Source: a bacterium (GTDB lineage: Bacteria; Bacillota_I; Bacilli_A; RF39; UBA660). Taken from it: a DNA stretch of 53,194 bases. Within the stretch, counting starts at the first letter, position 1. The number at the start of each line of letters is the position of its first letter. Of the stretch, positions 26,326 to 36,845 are shown piece by piece. The position numbers were made by a program, and so were the translations under genes. The notes under the pieces are model-generated. The model did no database searches. It was not told where the DNA came from and saw nothing but the letters and a program-made list of their open reading frames with translations. The stretch covers positions 1 through 53,194 of the forward strand of contig CAVAGO010000002.1 in the NCBI GenBank assembly GCA_963588075.1, written 5' to 3'.

Positions 26326-27858
26326 TTATGTTGTGACTACACCATTTATTCCGATTGGAATTCCTATTAGGTACCAACCTATTACTAGAAGTAATAATAT
26401 TACAGCTGTTGCTGCACTATATCCTAGTTGATATTTTAAAGTTCTAAATAAACTTATTGGTTCATCATTTTGATTATATTTTTCAATATATGCAATATAT
26501 ACTGTAAAGTAAGCTAATAACGGAGTTAATCCTAATGTAGCACATTCTCCAAATCTAGCAATTACTTGAGCAAATTCTGGACTTAAACTACTATTCATAA
26601 ATGCTGGAATAGCTGTTGTAGAAATGATTGCCCATTTAGCAGTTGGATTTGTTAAGAATATTGATGAAATAGCACTTACTAAGAATAATACTATTATAAG
26701 AGGAATACCACTAAATGAAGTATCTCCTATTATATTTGCTAATGTAACAGTTAAAACTGTTCCGATATTAGTCTTTTTAAATACATTGATTAATATTGAA
26801 CCTAGAAGAATTAATATTAATGTTCTACCAGTTCCATCTAATGAATGTGTTAAGTCTTCACAGAAATCATTGTTATTTTTTATTGTTTTAGCACCAATAC
26901 CATAGAATAGTCCTAAAATAATAAAGAACATTGTTACAATAAAGACGAAACCATTACTGAAGAATGAATCGTAACTAAATAGCTTATCAATATAGAATTC
27001 TTGACTATAGTCTAGGAAGTTACCTGAGAATGGTAATCCAGGAATTATATTATAGATAAATATAAATAAATATAATGCTCCGGCAGAGATTGAAAATATT
27101 AAACCTCTGTATTCTCTTTTGCCTAGTCTTAATTCTTTCTTTTCTTCTTTGAATTCATATTTTTCAACATTTGATACACTTACTTTTTCAGTAATTAATG
27201 TAATTATTACTGAGATTAAGACAACAGCGATTGCCATAATAAATAAGAAAGTTGTTGTACCTAAAGCATAATTTAAATCGATATTTCGAGCATTCATTAA
27301 GGTATATCGTAACATTTCACTATCAATAGATGTTAATAGGAAGTTTATACCACTTCCGCAGGTTAAACCAGCATATGTTGCAACGATTCCGAGTAATGGA
27401 TTTCTTCGACCATAGCTGAACATAAGAGCTGCTAAAGGAAGCATAATTACGTATCCTAAATCACCACAAATACTCATTAAAATACTGATAAATACTAACC
27501 AGAAGGTGATAGTATATTTTTTACAATATTTTGTTAGAATTGTAAAAGTCGTTTTGATAAAACCACTTTTTTCCATAATACCGATACCTATAAGAACGAT
27601 TATTAACATACTTAAAGGTGTAAATGCAGTAAAGTTAGATACTGTTGATGTGAATATGTATTTAATACCACTAAGGCTTAATAATGATTCAACACTTTCT
27701 GATGTTACTATGTATTCACCAGTTTCTAAATCTATTTTATTATAAGTTGCTTCAAACCCAATTAAGTTTAAAAACCCACTTAATAATATTGTTACTAATA
27801 TTAAAATTAGGAAGGTCATAACGGGGTTTAAAGTTATTTTTTCTTTAAACTTATTCAT
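26326..27858 (-). CDS. AbgT-family (p-aminobenzoyl-glutamate-type) transporter
   Basis: ~510-aa polytopic membrane protein with AbgT-like size and pattern. ATG 27858 is preceded by GGAGG. Confidence 0.55.
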   Translation of the reverse strand: MNKFKEKITLNPVMTFLILILVTILLSGFLNLIGFEATYNKIDLETGEYIVTSESVESLLSLSGIKYIFTSTVSNFTAFTPLSMLIIVLIGIGIMEKSGFIKTTFTILTKYCKKYTITFWLVFISILMSICGDLGYVIMLPLAALMFSYGRRNPLLGIVATYAGLTCGSGINFLLTSIDSEMLRYTLMNARNIDLNYALGTTTFLFIMAIAVVLISVIITLITEKVSVSNVEKYEFKEEKKELRLGKREYRGLIFSISAGALYLFIFIYNIIPGLPFSGNFLDYSQEFYIDKLFSYDSFFSNGFVFIVTMFFIILGLFYGIGAKTIKNNNDFCEDLTHSLDGTGRTLILILLGSILINVFKKTNIGTVLTVTLANIIGDTSFSGIPLIIVLFLVSAISSIFLTNPTAKWAIISTTAIPAFMNSSLSPEFAQVIARFGECATLGLTPLLAYFTVYIAYIEKYNQNDEPISLFRTLKYQLGYSAATAVILLLLVIGWYLIGIPIGINGVVTT

Positions 27859-28045
27859 TATTTCCTCCAATTACTTTTTTTAATTTTTTGTCAAATTCTA
27901 AACGATCCATCATTATTTCACGATTACAATTTAGACATTTTATTTTTATATCAACACCCATTCTTGTTATTTGCCATTTATTAGTCTGGCAGGCATGGGG
28001 TTTCTTCATTTCCACGATGTCATTTAATTTGTAATTATTTTTCAT
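27851..28045 (-). CDS. DUF951 family small protein
   Basis: 64 aa with HAC....W.I.R.G.DI...C..C motifs, in the usual ychF/parB neighbourhood. Confidence 0.7.
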   Translation of the reverse strand: MKNNYKLNDIVEMKKPHACQTNKWQITRMGVDIKIKCLNCNREIMMDRLEFDKKLKKVIGGNNE

Positions 28046-28853
28046 AATGCACCTCCAATTGTGGATATGGAATGCTTACTTTATTTTTAGCTAATGTTGT
28101 TAAGATAATCTTATTAGCATCTCTTTTAGCTTGCCAATGAGTTTCTCTTTTACAATTGAATTGTACAAGATACTTAATGTGAGAATCTGCTAATTCGTTA
28201 ACACCAAGATATTTAACACTTTCTTTATTAACATTTTCAATTTTTTCAAATTGAGGAAGAATTTCGTCAGTAATAATCTTTTCGATTTTTTCTACTGATT
28301 CTTCATATGGTAATGGGATATTAATTGTTACAGCTTGTTCTTTTTGAGATAGATTTGTTACTTCTAGAATATTTCTGTTAGCAATTATTAAAACTTCACC
28401 ATTAGCATTTTTTATCTTAGTACTTTTTAAACCAAATTCTATTACTTCACCAGTAAATGTGTTGTATTTAACAATGTCTCCTACAATGAAGTAGTTTTCA
28501 GTAATAATACTAATACCATTAATGATATCTTTAAAGGTATCTTGTAAAGCTAGACCTATAATAGTAGCTGCTATTCCTAAACTGGCAATCATTGCACCTA
28601 CATTTATTCCATAAATGCTTAAAATTACCAGAAGAGCAACTATTAGTATAAAGTATTTAATAATATTTTGAAAGAGATTTGTGACAGTTCTTCGTTTTTT
28701 CTTTTCATAGTTATTCTTACCATAATTGATAACTTCATCTAAAATAATTGTTGCTGTACGATAGATGAAATAAGCTACTGCTAAAGTTACGACAACGCCA
28801 TAAACTTCTTTTTTAGTGATAATATTTAAGATTACTTTTAAAAAATCTATCAT
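28035..28853 (-). CDS. Small-conductance mechanosensitive channel (MscS family)
   Basis: Three N-terminal TM helices followed by a beta-domain (GDIVKYNTFTGEVIEFGLKSTKIKN). Confidence 0.75.
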   Translation of the reverse strand: MIDFLKVILNIITKKEVYGVVVTLAVAYFIYRTATIILDEVINYGKNNYEKKKRRTVTNLFQNIIKYFILIVALLVILSIYGINVGAMIASLGIAATIIGLALQDTFKDIINGISIITENYFIVGDIVKYNTFTGEVIEFGLKSTKIKNANGEVLIIANRNILEVTNLSQKEQAVTINIPLPYEESVEKIEKIITDEILPQFEKIENVNKESVKYLGVNELADSHIKYLVQFNCKRETHWQAKRDANKIILTTLAKNKVSIPYPQLEVHYEK

Positions 28854-29740
28854 TATTCACCATCCATACTAATACCTAATATATCAAGAATTCTATCTAG
28901 ATCATTATCTGAATCGTATGGAATTTCTATTTTCTTTGTTCCTATTTTTACTTTTGTACCAATTCTTTCACGCATTATACTTTCATAGATTGTATGTCTT
29001 GCGTTATATATAGGTTCCCTTTTTATTTTATTCTTTTTAGGCATATCTGAGTTACTTGTTAATTTTTCTGTTTCACGAACACTTAAACCTTCTTCAATAA
29101 TTAGATTTGCTAAAGAATTTATTTGTTCTTCATCAGATAATTTACTTAATACTCTAGCATGGCCCATTGATATTTTACCTTCACGTACATATTGTTTTGT
29201 TTGTTCTGGTAAACTTAATAAACCTAGAATATTAGTAATGTAACTTCTACTTTTACCAAATTTTTTAGAAGCTTCTTCTTGAGTTATTTTACTTGTTTCG
29301 ATTATTTTGGCTAATGCTTCTGCTTCTTCGATTGGGTTTAGGTCTTCTCTTTGAATATTTTCGATAAGAGCTATTTCCATCATTTCTTGGTCAGAGAAGT
29401 CTCTTATGATAGCTGGAATTGTTGTTTTACCAGCCATTTTTGAAGCTCTAGTACGACGTTCACCAGCAATTATTTCGTATCCTTTGATACTTTTCTTAAC
29501 AATAATTGGTTGGATAACACCATGTTCTTTAATACTCTCCGCAAATTCACTTAATGATTTCTCATCAAATTCTTTACGAGGTTGGTATGGATTACTACGA
29601 ATTTCTGTTAATGGAATTTCAACGATATCACTGTCTTTTGTTTCATTAACAATTTTCTTTTCAAAGTTGTCAAAATCGATTACTTCGTTAGAAAATAACT
29701 GTTCTAATCCTTTCCCTAATGCTTTTCTTTTAGTCTCCAT
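28853..29740 (-). CDS. parB: Chromosome partitioning protein ParB/Spo0J
   Basis: KALGKGLEQL, NPYQPRK, GVIQPIIV, IIAGERR and an HTH segment. Confidence 0.9.
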   Translation of the reverse strand: METKRKALGKGLEQLFSNEVIDFDNFEKKIVNETKDSDIVEIPLTEIRSNPYQPRKEFDEKSLSEFAESIKEHGVIQPIIVKKSIKGYEIIAGERRTRASKMAGKTTIPAIIRDFSDQEMMEIALIENIQREDLNPIEEAEALAKIIETSKITQEEASKKFGKSRSYITNILGLLSLPEQTKQYVREGKISMGHARVLSKLSDEEQINSLANLIIEEGLSVRETEKLTSNSDMPKKNKIKREPIYNARHTIYESIMRERIGTKVKIGTKKIEIPYDSDNDLDRILDILGISMDGE

Positions 29741-30515
29741 TTCTACTAATCACTTCCTTTGCTAAATTTTGGTAAGCTAATGTTGCACGACTAGTTGGGT
29801 CATAATCACTAATTGGTTTTCCGTGACTTGGAGCTTCTACTAATCTTACAAGTCTTGGAATAATAGTGTTAAATACTTTGTTTTTGAAGTATTTTCTTAC
29901 TTCTTCGATTACATCTAGACCAATATTAGTTCTTCCATCTAACATTGTTAATAGAACTCCTTCGATACGAAGTTCTGGATTCATATTAGATTGAACCATT
30001 ATTATTGAATTTAGCAATTGAGTTATACCTTCTAATGCGAAGAATTCACATTGTACTGGTATGATGATTGAATTACTTGCTACTAAAGCATTCATTGTTG
30101 TTATACCAAGTGATGGTTGACAATCGATAATTATATAATCGTATTTGTCTTGAATCTCTGCTATTGCATTTTTTAATTGTTCATTTTGTCTGAACTCTGC
30201 ATTTTCTAGCATTTGTTTTACGAATTCAACATCTACTCCAGCCAAATTTATAGTTGAAGGAATTAAAGATAAGTTTTTAAATTTTGTTTTGATAATTCCT
30301 TCTGTTATTGTACATGTTCCTGTCATTACATCATATATATCGTGTTTGAAATCGCCATTACTGAATCCAAGTCCAGTTGAAGCGTTTCCTTGAGGATCTA
30401 AATCTATTAATAATGTTTTTTTACCTTCTTTACCTAATGCGGCAGCTAAATTTATACTAGTTGTAGTTTTACCAACTCCACCCTTTTGATTAACAAGTGA
30501 AATAACTTTTGCCAT
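29730..30515 (-). CDS. parA: Chromosome partitioning ATPase ParA/Soj
   Basis: NQKGGVGKTTTSINL deviant Walker A; the gene overlaps parB. Confidence 0.9.
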   Translation of the reverse strand: MAKVISLVNQKGGVGKTTTSINLAAALGKEGKKTLLIDLDPQGNASTGLGFSNGDFKHDIYDVMTGTCTITEGIIKTKFKNLSLIPSTINLAGVDVEFVKQMLENAEFRQNEQLKNAIAEIQDKYDYIIIDCQPSLGITTMNALVASNSIIIPVQCEFFALEGITQLLNSIIMVQSNMNPELRIEGVLLTMLDGRTNIGLDVIEEVRKYFKNKVFNTIIPRLVRLVEAPSHGKPISDYDPTSRATLAYQNLAKEVISRNGD

Positions 30516-30604
30516 ATATGTACCACCTTTTCATGTATTATTTCTCTAGATAATTTTATCATATATATAAAGAAATGTCATAGGTTTTGTTAAAATTCAT
30601 AAGA

Positions 30605-30640
30605 ATTAAAAAAGGAAACAATTTAAGTTTGTTCCCTTTT
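30605..30640 (-). terminator. Terminator after ftsH
   Basis: Stem of 10 pairs across 11 positions (30611-30621 / 30629-30639), followed by a U-run on the minus-strand RNA. Confidence 0.55.
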
Positions 30641-30644
30641 TTGA

Positions 30645-32567
30645 TTATTCTTCGTTTTTAGTTTCTTTTTCTTTAGTTTTTTCTTTTTTATCTTCTTTTT
30701 CTGGTTCTAATTTACCAGTTTCAACTAAAGATTTAATTTGTTCTCTTGTTAATGTTTCATGTTCCATTAAAGTATCTGCTAGTAATAGTACTAGAGTTTC
30801 ATGTTTAGCTAAAATCTTTTTAGCATTTTTATAACATTCATCAAGAACTTTTCTTACTTCTTTATCTACTTCTAATGCAACTTGGTCTGAATAATCTTTT
30901 GATTTAGTGTAGTCTCTTCCTAAGAAGACACCTTCTTGTTCATGTTCTAGTTGAACTAAACCTAAGTCACTCATACCATATTTTGTAACCATTGATCTAG
31001 CTATTTTTGTAGCTTTCTTTAGGTCATCTGATGCACCAGTTGTGATTTCACCAATGAAGTTTTCTTCACTAGCACGTCCACCTAGTAGACCAGTAATTTG
31101 TGAAATTAATTCTTCTTTTGTCATGATGGCCATTTTTTCTTCTTTTGGAAGCATCATTGTGTAGCCACCTGCCATACCACGAGGTATGATTGTAATTTTA
31201 TGTACTTCTTGAGCATCTTGAAGTTTTAAACCGATTACAGCATGTCCAGCTTCGTGGATTGCTACTAAACGTTTTTCTTTTTCAGTAATACGACGAGAAG
31301 TTTTTGCAGGTCCTAGAAGAACTCTGTCTGTAGCTTCGTCGATTTCTTCCATTGTAATTGCTTCTTTTTCTCTTCTTACAGCAAGTAAAGCAGCTTCATT
31401 AAGTAAGTTTTCTAGGTCTGCTCCACTAAATCCTGGAGTTCTTTGACTTACGTTTTCTAAATTTACTTCTGGAGCAAATACTTTGTTTTTAGCATGTACT
31501 TCAAGAATTTCTTCTCTTTCTCTAGAATCAGGTAAACTTACTGTTACTTGTCTATCGAATCTTCCTGGTCTTAATAACGCAGGGTCTAATACGTCTGGTC
31601 TATTTGTTGCGGCAATGATAATAATACCTTCATTAGCACCAAAACCATCCATTTCAGTTAATAATTGGTTAAGTGTTTGTTCACGTTCATCGTGTCCACC
31701 ACCTAAACCTGTACCTCTTTGACGTCCAACAGCATCGATTTCATCGATGAATATTAAACAAGGAGCACTTTGTTTAGCTTGTTTAAACATATCTCTAACA
31801 CGAGATGCACCTACACCTACGAATAATTCTACGAAATCAGAACCACTTATGTAATAGAAAGGTACGTTAGCTTCACCTGCTACTGCTTTAGCAAGTAAAG
31901 TTTTACCTGTTCCTGGAGGACCAACTAGTAAAACACCTTTAGGTATTCTAGCACCAAGTTTTTGGAATTTTTTTGGATTTTTTAAGAAGTCAATTAATTC
32001 TTGTACTTCTTCTTTTTCTTCTTTAAGACCAGCTACATCACTGAATCTTACTTGTCCACCATCTTCACTTAATTTAGCACGGCTTTTTCCAAAATCCATT
32101 GATTTATTGTTACCAGCTGCTAACTTAGTAAACATGAAGTATGCTGCTATAATCAAAAAGACTATAGGAACAACATTTATGATGATATATCCAAGATTAC
32201 TTGAACCAGGATCTTTTTCTGTATCATATTCTTTGATATTTTGTTCTTTTGCATATTCAGTAATAGTATCTACATCTTCACTTATTACTCTTGCTGTAAA
32301 AGATTCATTTTCATCATAATCTTTTAGTTTACCTTCAATATAGTAAACACTTTCACTACTTTTTGGAGTAATTGTAATCTCTGTTACTTCTTCTTCTTTA
32401 ATTGCTTGAATCAATTCTCCTGTTTTTAATTCATTAACCTTTGTACTGTTTCCATTTACAAAGAATAATGCAAGAACTAATGCTATAGCTAATATAGCCC
32501 ATGGAGCCATTGCTGCATATGTATTATTTCTTTTTTTCATTCCTTTTCTCCCTCTAAATTTTTTCAT
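30645..32567 (-). CDS. ftsH: ATP-dependent zinc metalloprotease FtsH
   Basis: [13 protein letters not shown] and HEAGHA zinc motifs plus the AAA second region of homology. Confidence 0.95.
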   Translation of the reverse strand: MKKFRGRKGMKKRNNTYAAMAPWAILAIALVLALFFVNGNSTKVNELKTGELIQAIKEEEVTEITITPKSSESVYYIEGKLKDYDENESFTARVISEDVDTITEYAKEQNIKEYDTEKDPGSSNLGYIIINVVPIVFLIIAAYFMFTKLAAGNNKSMDFGKSRAKLSEDGGQVRFSDVAGLKEEKEEVQELIDFLKNPKKFQKLGARIPKGVLLVGPPGTGKTLLAKAVAGEANVPFYYISGSDFVELFVGVGASRVRDMFKQAKQSAPCLIFIDEIDAVGRQRGTGLGGGHDEREQTLNQLLTEMDGFGANEGIIIIAATNRPDVLDPALLRPGRFDRQVTVSLPDSREREEILEVHAKNKVFAPEVNLENVSQRTPGFSGADLENLLNEAALLAVRREKEAITMEEIDEATDRVLLGPAKTSRRITEKEKRLVAIHEAGHAVIGLKLQDAQEVHKITIIPRGMAGGYTMMLPKEEKMAIMTKEELISQITGLLGGRASEENFIGEITTGASDDLKKATKIARSMVTKYGMSDLGLVQLEHEQEGVFLGRDYTKSKDYSDQVALEVDKEVRKVLDECYKNAKKILAKHETLVLLLADTLMEHETLTREQIKSLVETGKLEPEKEDKKEKTKEKETKNEE

Positions 32568-32571
32568 AAAT

Positions 32572-33891
32572 TTAATTATACCATAATATTATATCATAGT
32601 TTTCATTCTTTGCTTTATCAAATTTAGATTTTTTTAAGCTTGGAATCCAAACTATTTCACCTTTACTATCTACAACTATTGGCCAAGTATCTCTTTCCTC
32701 TTTAGAAAGCTTACTATTAATAAAGATATCTTTGATTTTTTTAGGAGATTCCATATTCTTAATATGAATTTTATCTCCAGTAAGACGATTTCTTACATAT
32801 AGTGGTAAAGTTATTTCTTTACTATCTAGTCGTATAAAATCATTACTATTCTTATCAGTATCTTTTATAATATTAATCTTTTTACCATTAGGTAGATTAG
32901 TTTCAGTAGTTATTGGTATTTTATATTCTGAATTATTCTTTTTATTACGAGTGATTTTTAATTTATCATACATTTTAGTGATTTTTAAATTATCTGGTAA
33001 ATTTATTTCGATATTTGGTTTTGGGTTGTTGATAATATTTAGTACTAAATTAGTATGTTTATCATTTACTAAGTATAAATTATCGATATAGTTATCATCT
33101 AGAATGTATTCAATTACTTTTTCTTGAATAAGTTTATCTAATCGAGAAAACTCTGTAATATCAAGAGTCTTTTTATCATATCTATTAGTTATTTCTTTTG
33201 TAACGGCTTTATCTACATAATTGTAGTATTTTTGAAGTTCACGACTAAATTTTAAATATTTTAAATGAATATTTTTGTTTTCTCCTTTTAAGAAAGGCAA
33301 AATGTTATGACGATATCTATTTCTTGTGTAGTTATCTTCTTCATTAGTTTTATCAGTTACATATGGAATATTATTTTCTTCGTTGTATGTATTAATATCA
33401 TCTTTAGTCATAAAGATTAATGGTTTGATTACTTTGTAGTTGTCTTTTGTAGTTTCTATTTGGAAACCAGTATATCCTTTTAAGTTAGAACCTCTTGTCA
33501 TACGCATTAGGATTGTTTCGACTAAGTCATCACCATGATGAGCTGTAAATAGGTATTTTGCTTTGTATTTGTTGATAACCTTACCGAAGAATGCGTATCT
33601 TTTTTCTCTTAGTTCTAGTTCGTTGTAGTCTTGAGTAGCAGATTTCTTTTTGAATGTAGTTGTTTCTAGAGTAAGATTTTTCTTTTTACAATAGTCTTCG
33701 ATGAATAGTAGTTCTTCTTTGCTTTCTTCTCTGATATTGTGATTGATATGAGCACATACTATTTTTATATTTTTATTTAGAGATTCTAGGATGTCTAGTA
33801 AACACATTGAGTCTGGTCCACCAGATAAACCTATTACGATAGTATCATTATCTTTCAATAAACTATTTAAGTAAGCGATTGTTTCTTTCAT
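32572..33891 (-). CDS. tilS: tRNA(Ile)-lysidine synthetase
   Basis: GLSGGPDS PP-loop. The 439-aa size fits, and the gene is adjacent to ftsH. Confidence 0.85.
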   Translation of the reverse strand: MKETIAYLNSLLKDNDTIVIGLSGGPDSMCLLDILESLNKNIKIVCAHINHNIREESKEELLFIEDYCKKKNLTLETTTFKKKSATQDYNELELREKRYAFFGKVINKYKAKYLFTAHHGDDLVETILMRMTRGSNLKGYTGFQIETTKDNYKVIKPLIFMTKDDINTYNEENNIPYVTDKTNEEDNYTRNRYRHNILPFLKGENKNIHLKYLKFSRELQKYYNYVDKAVTKEITNRYDKKTLDITEFSRLDKLIQEKVIEYILDDNYIDNLYLVNDKHTNLVLNIINNPKPNIEINLPDNLKITKMYDKLKITRNKKNNSEYKIPITTETNLPNGKKINIIKDTDKNSNDFIRLDSKEITLPLYVRNRLTGDKIHIKNMESPKKIKDIFINSKLSKEERDTWPIVVDSKGEIVWIPSLKKSKFDKAKNENYDIILWYN

Positions 33892-33901
33892 AGTATCACC
33901 T

Positions 33902-35000
33902 CTATTCTTTCATTTTTAAGATAGATTCAATAAATGGTTTTACTTCACCATCTAGGACTTTTTCAGCATCTCCCATTTCGAAGTTGCTTCTAGTATCTTT
34001 TACTAAAGTGTATGGTTCTAAAACATAACTTCTAATTTGGCTACCAAAGTCTATGCCTGTACTTATTCCTTTTAATGCAGCCATTTCTTGTTGTTTTCTT
34101 TCTTCTTCTAGAGCAAATAGTTTACTTTTTAGAACTTTCATAGCTTGTTCTTTGTTTTGGATTTGGCTTCGTTCGTTTTGACAAGTTACTACTATCTTAG
34201 ATGGAAAGTGTGTTATACGAACTGCTGATGGAGTTGTGTTTACTCCTTGACCACCATGACCGCTTGCACAGTATGTATCTATTCTTATATCTTCTTCTTT
34301 TATTTCGATGTTAATACTTTGATCTATTTCTGGTACGACAGAGACTGATGCGAATGAAGTATGTCTTCTTTTATTAGAATCAAATGGAGATATTCTTACT
34401 AAACGATGGACTCCTCTTTCACATTTTAGATAACCATATGCATAGTCACCTTTGATATGTAGAGTTACTGATTTAATACCAGCTTCTTCACCTGCTTGTT
34501 GTTCTATTATTTGATAAGTAAAGTTGTTTTTATCACAGAATCTTTGGTACATACGTTGTAACATACTAGCCCAGTCACATGATTCAGTACCTCCTGCTCC
34601 CGGATGGATTTCTAGGAAGCAGTCGTTGTTGTCATATTCGCCACTCAACAGTGTGTCGATTTCTAGTTCTTCGATGTTATCAGATAGTACTATTAAAGAA
34701 GATTCTAGTTCATTTAATAGTTCTTCTGAGTATTCTAATTCTATTAACTCAAGTATTTCTTTGGTTGATTGGATTTCTTTAGTTAATCTATTATATTCGC
34801 TTGTTTCTTTCTTAAGTAGTGTTAGTTGTTTATTAAGTTTGTTTGCTTGGTCTATGTTATCCCAGAATCCTGGTTTATTCATTTCTTCTTCGATAGATGT
34901 TATTTCTTGATGTTTGGATTCTATGTCAAAGAGACCTCCCAATTGTATTTAGTTTTTCTTCTAATTCAGTTATTTTAATTTTTATTTCTCTTATTTCCAT
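33902..35000 (-). CDS. prfB: Peptide chain release factor 2 with programmed +1 frameshift
   Basis: ATG 35000 opens a 24-codon ORF0 ending ..GGGAGG TCT CTT TGA C (34940-34925). The +1 frame continues DIESKHQEI... and contains the SPF and GGQ motifs. Confidence 0.9.
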
Positions 35001-35031
35001 ATATATCACCTTTATTATTATACCACATTCA

Positions 35032-35757
35032 TTATAGCGATTTTCGTAGTGTTTTGATGTTTTCTTCTTTTACTTGGTTGAATTTAAGTCTTAGTAATAA
35101 GAATTTAAAGAATTCACTACTTTTTATGAAACCATTAGAAGCTAGATGGTATTGTTCTTTTACTTCTGGGTCTTGGAATATTGATGATGCTTTTAAACTA
35201 GGAATTATACTATAAATGATAGCATAGAAGATTTTTTGCATATTTTTACGATATAATTCTACTCTATCACGTTCTTTTTGAAGACAGTAGAAGTCTGTAT
35301 CTATTATTCTAATTGGTTTAGTTGGAGATGCTAAGTTAATTAGGATGTTTTCTTCATGAAGGTCTTCTAAATTCCATCCTTTGTCTGTTACGTTCATTGT
35401 ACCTTGTTCTAAGTAATCTATTAGATATAGTAGTTGGTCGATTTCTGTTAATGGGTCGATTTCAGTAAATGGGATACCTATTTCGTAGTCACTTACGATA
35501 CCTAGTAGTTCTTGATTAGTAGATATTACTACTTCGGGGAATGAGATTAGAGAGTCTCCATAGTATTCAGTTTGGATTTCTAAATCTCTTTTAAATTCGA
35601 TATTAATTGTATCAGTTAAGTCTTTATAATCTGCACTAAATTCTTTATATTTTTGACCGTTATTTAGTAGGTATAATGTGTTTCCTAGATTTGTAGCATG
35701 TAGTACTTCTTTTATACCTAGTTGTTCGATATAGCCATAGTTTTTTATCAACCCCAT
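35032..35757 (-). CDS. Small protein-kinase-like-fold protein
   Basis: LEDLHEENILIN (D-x-x-x-x-N catalytic-loop pattern) followed by IRIIDTDFY (DFG-like). No clear glycine-rich loop. Confidence 0.4.
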   Translation of the reverse strand: MGLIKNYGYIEQLGIKEVLHATNLGNTLYLLNNGQKYKEFSADYKDLTDTINIEFKRDLEIQTEYYGDSLISFPEVVISTNQELLGIVSDYEIGIPFTEIDPLTEIDQLLYLIDYLEQGTMNVTDKGWNLEDLHEENILINLASPTKPIRIIDTDFYCLQKERDRVELYRKNMQKIFYAIIYSIIPSLKASSIFQDPEVKEQYHLASNGFIKSSEFFKFLLLRLKFNQVKEENIKTLRKSL

Positions 35758-35812
35758 AATAATCCCCCTATACAGGAGGTTATACTAGCATAAAAAAAGA
35801 AATAACACAAGG

Positions 35813-36070
35813 TTACTTCTTTATACCGATTAATGGTTCTTGATTTTGTTTTTCTAAGTAGGTTCTTACTTTATTAACTGTTTCTTCTGTAGGGTGCATA
35901 TACTCTTCTTCTGTAATACCATATTGTTGCCATTCTCCATCTTCTAGGAATCCGACCATATCAATTATTTCTATAGCATATTGGTTTAGTTCACCCATTC
36001 CTTTAGTAGATGAAGTAATATCATAATCAAGTTCTTCTGGGTTTGGGTATTCAGTAAATTCTTTAAACAT
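35813..36070 (-). CDS. Hypothetical acidic 85-aa protein
   Basis: ORF with an RBS context; same strand and unit as its neighbours. Confidence 0.4.
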   Translation of the reverse strand: MFKEFTEYPNPEELDYDITSSTKGMGELNQYAIEIIDMVGFLEDGEWQQYGITEEEYMHPTEETVNKVRTYLEKQNQEPLIGIKK

Positions 36071-36092
36071 ATTATCACTCTTTCTGTTTATA

Positions 36093-36764
36093 TTATATCT
36101 TATTTTGAGTCTTAGATAGAGATTTTTCTGCTTCTGCTTTTTCTGTAGATAAAGCTCTTTGTAATTCTAATGTTGAATCGCTAAAGAATACTCTTTGTAG
36201 GTCTTCACTTTTTTTACCGTAAGTTTCTATTATATTGAAGACTGTAGATAAGGTTGCTTGAGTATCTAGAAGATTTACACTATCTCTTTTTAAGTTAGCT
36301 AGAATGTCTGTTATTTTGTTGTACATTACAAATGGGTCATCTTCTTCTAAAGCAAGCATTATCTGAGTAGCTAGAATTAGGTATGTGAGGAAATCGTTAC
36401 TAAAATGAAGTTGGTGAGCAACGAATCTTTGGTATTCTAGTTTCTTTTCTTCTTTTACTAGTTGGCTTGATAAACCGAAGTAATATCTAAAGTATGGAAG
36501 TGATTCTATTTTGGCTGTACCTGATTCTGCTTCATTTATTTTCTTTAGTGTATATCGTTGTTCTTTGTATTGGTAGTATTCTTCTTCTGTTAAACCTAGT
36601 ATAAGTCTTTCGAAGATATCTTCAATATTATGAGCATCTGAATGAACTTCTTCGCCATTAATAGTTGTTACTACTGGTTGATTACGACTTTGGTAGTACA
36701 TCATTTCTTCTTTTATTTCTTGGATACTTGTTCCTTCTTCAAATTCTAAGTACATTTTTTTCAT
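36093..36764 (-). CDS. Hypothetical helical protein
   Basis: 223-aa ORF with no recognisable domain. Confidence 0.45.
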   Translation of the reverse strand: MKKMYLEFEEGTSIQEIKEEMMYYQSRNQPVVTTINGEEVHSDAHNIEDIFERLILGLTEEEYYQYKEQRYTLKKINEAESGTAKIESLPYFRYYFGLSSQLVKEEKKLEYQRFVAHQLHFSNDFLTYLILATQIMLALEEDDPFVMYNKITDILANLKRDSVNLLDTQATLSTVFNIIETYGKKSEDLQRVFFSDSTLELQRALSTEKAEAEKSLSKTQNKI

Positions 36765-36821
36765 ATGTATCCCCCCTGTTTTTATAGGTCTTATTATAAA
36801 TATATTGCTTTGGTTAGTAAA

Positions 36822-36844
36822 GAAAAAAACTCACTATGTGAGTT
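36822..36844 (-). terminator. Terminator after the adenine deaminase gene
   Basis: Stem aactcac/gtgagtt with loop tat, followed by a U-run on the minus-strand RNA. Confidence 0.65.
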
Positions 36845-36845
36845 C

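Noticed and set aside
25160-26377. 405-aa extended YchF overlapping the transporter gene.
   Set aside because: The conserved YchF N-terminus (MSLKAGIVGLPNVGKST) begins at ATG 26266. The extension is non-homologous read-through of the intergenic region.
29050-29075. parS-like sequence inside parB (minus strand AGTGTTCGTGAAACAG).
   Set aside because: Only the right half (CGTGAAACA) matches the TGTTNCACGTGAAACA consensus. The palindrome is broken, so I do not call it a parS site.
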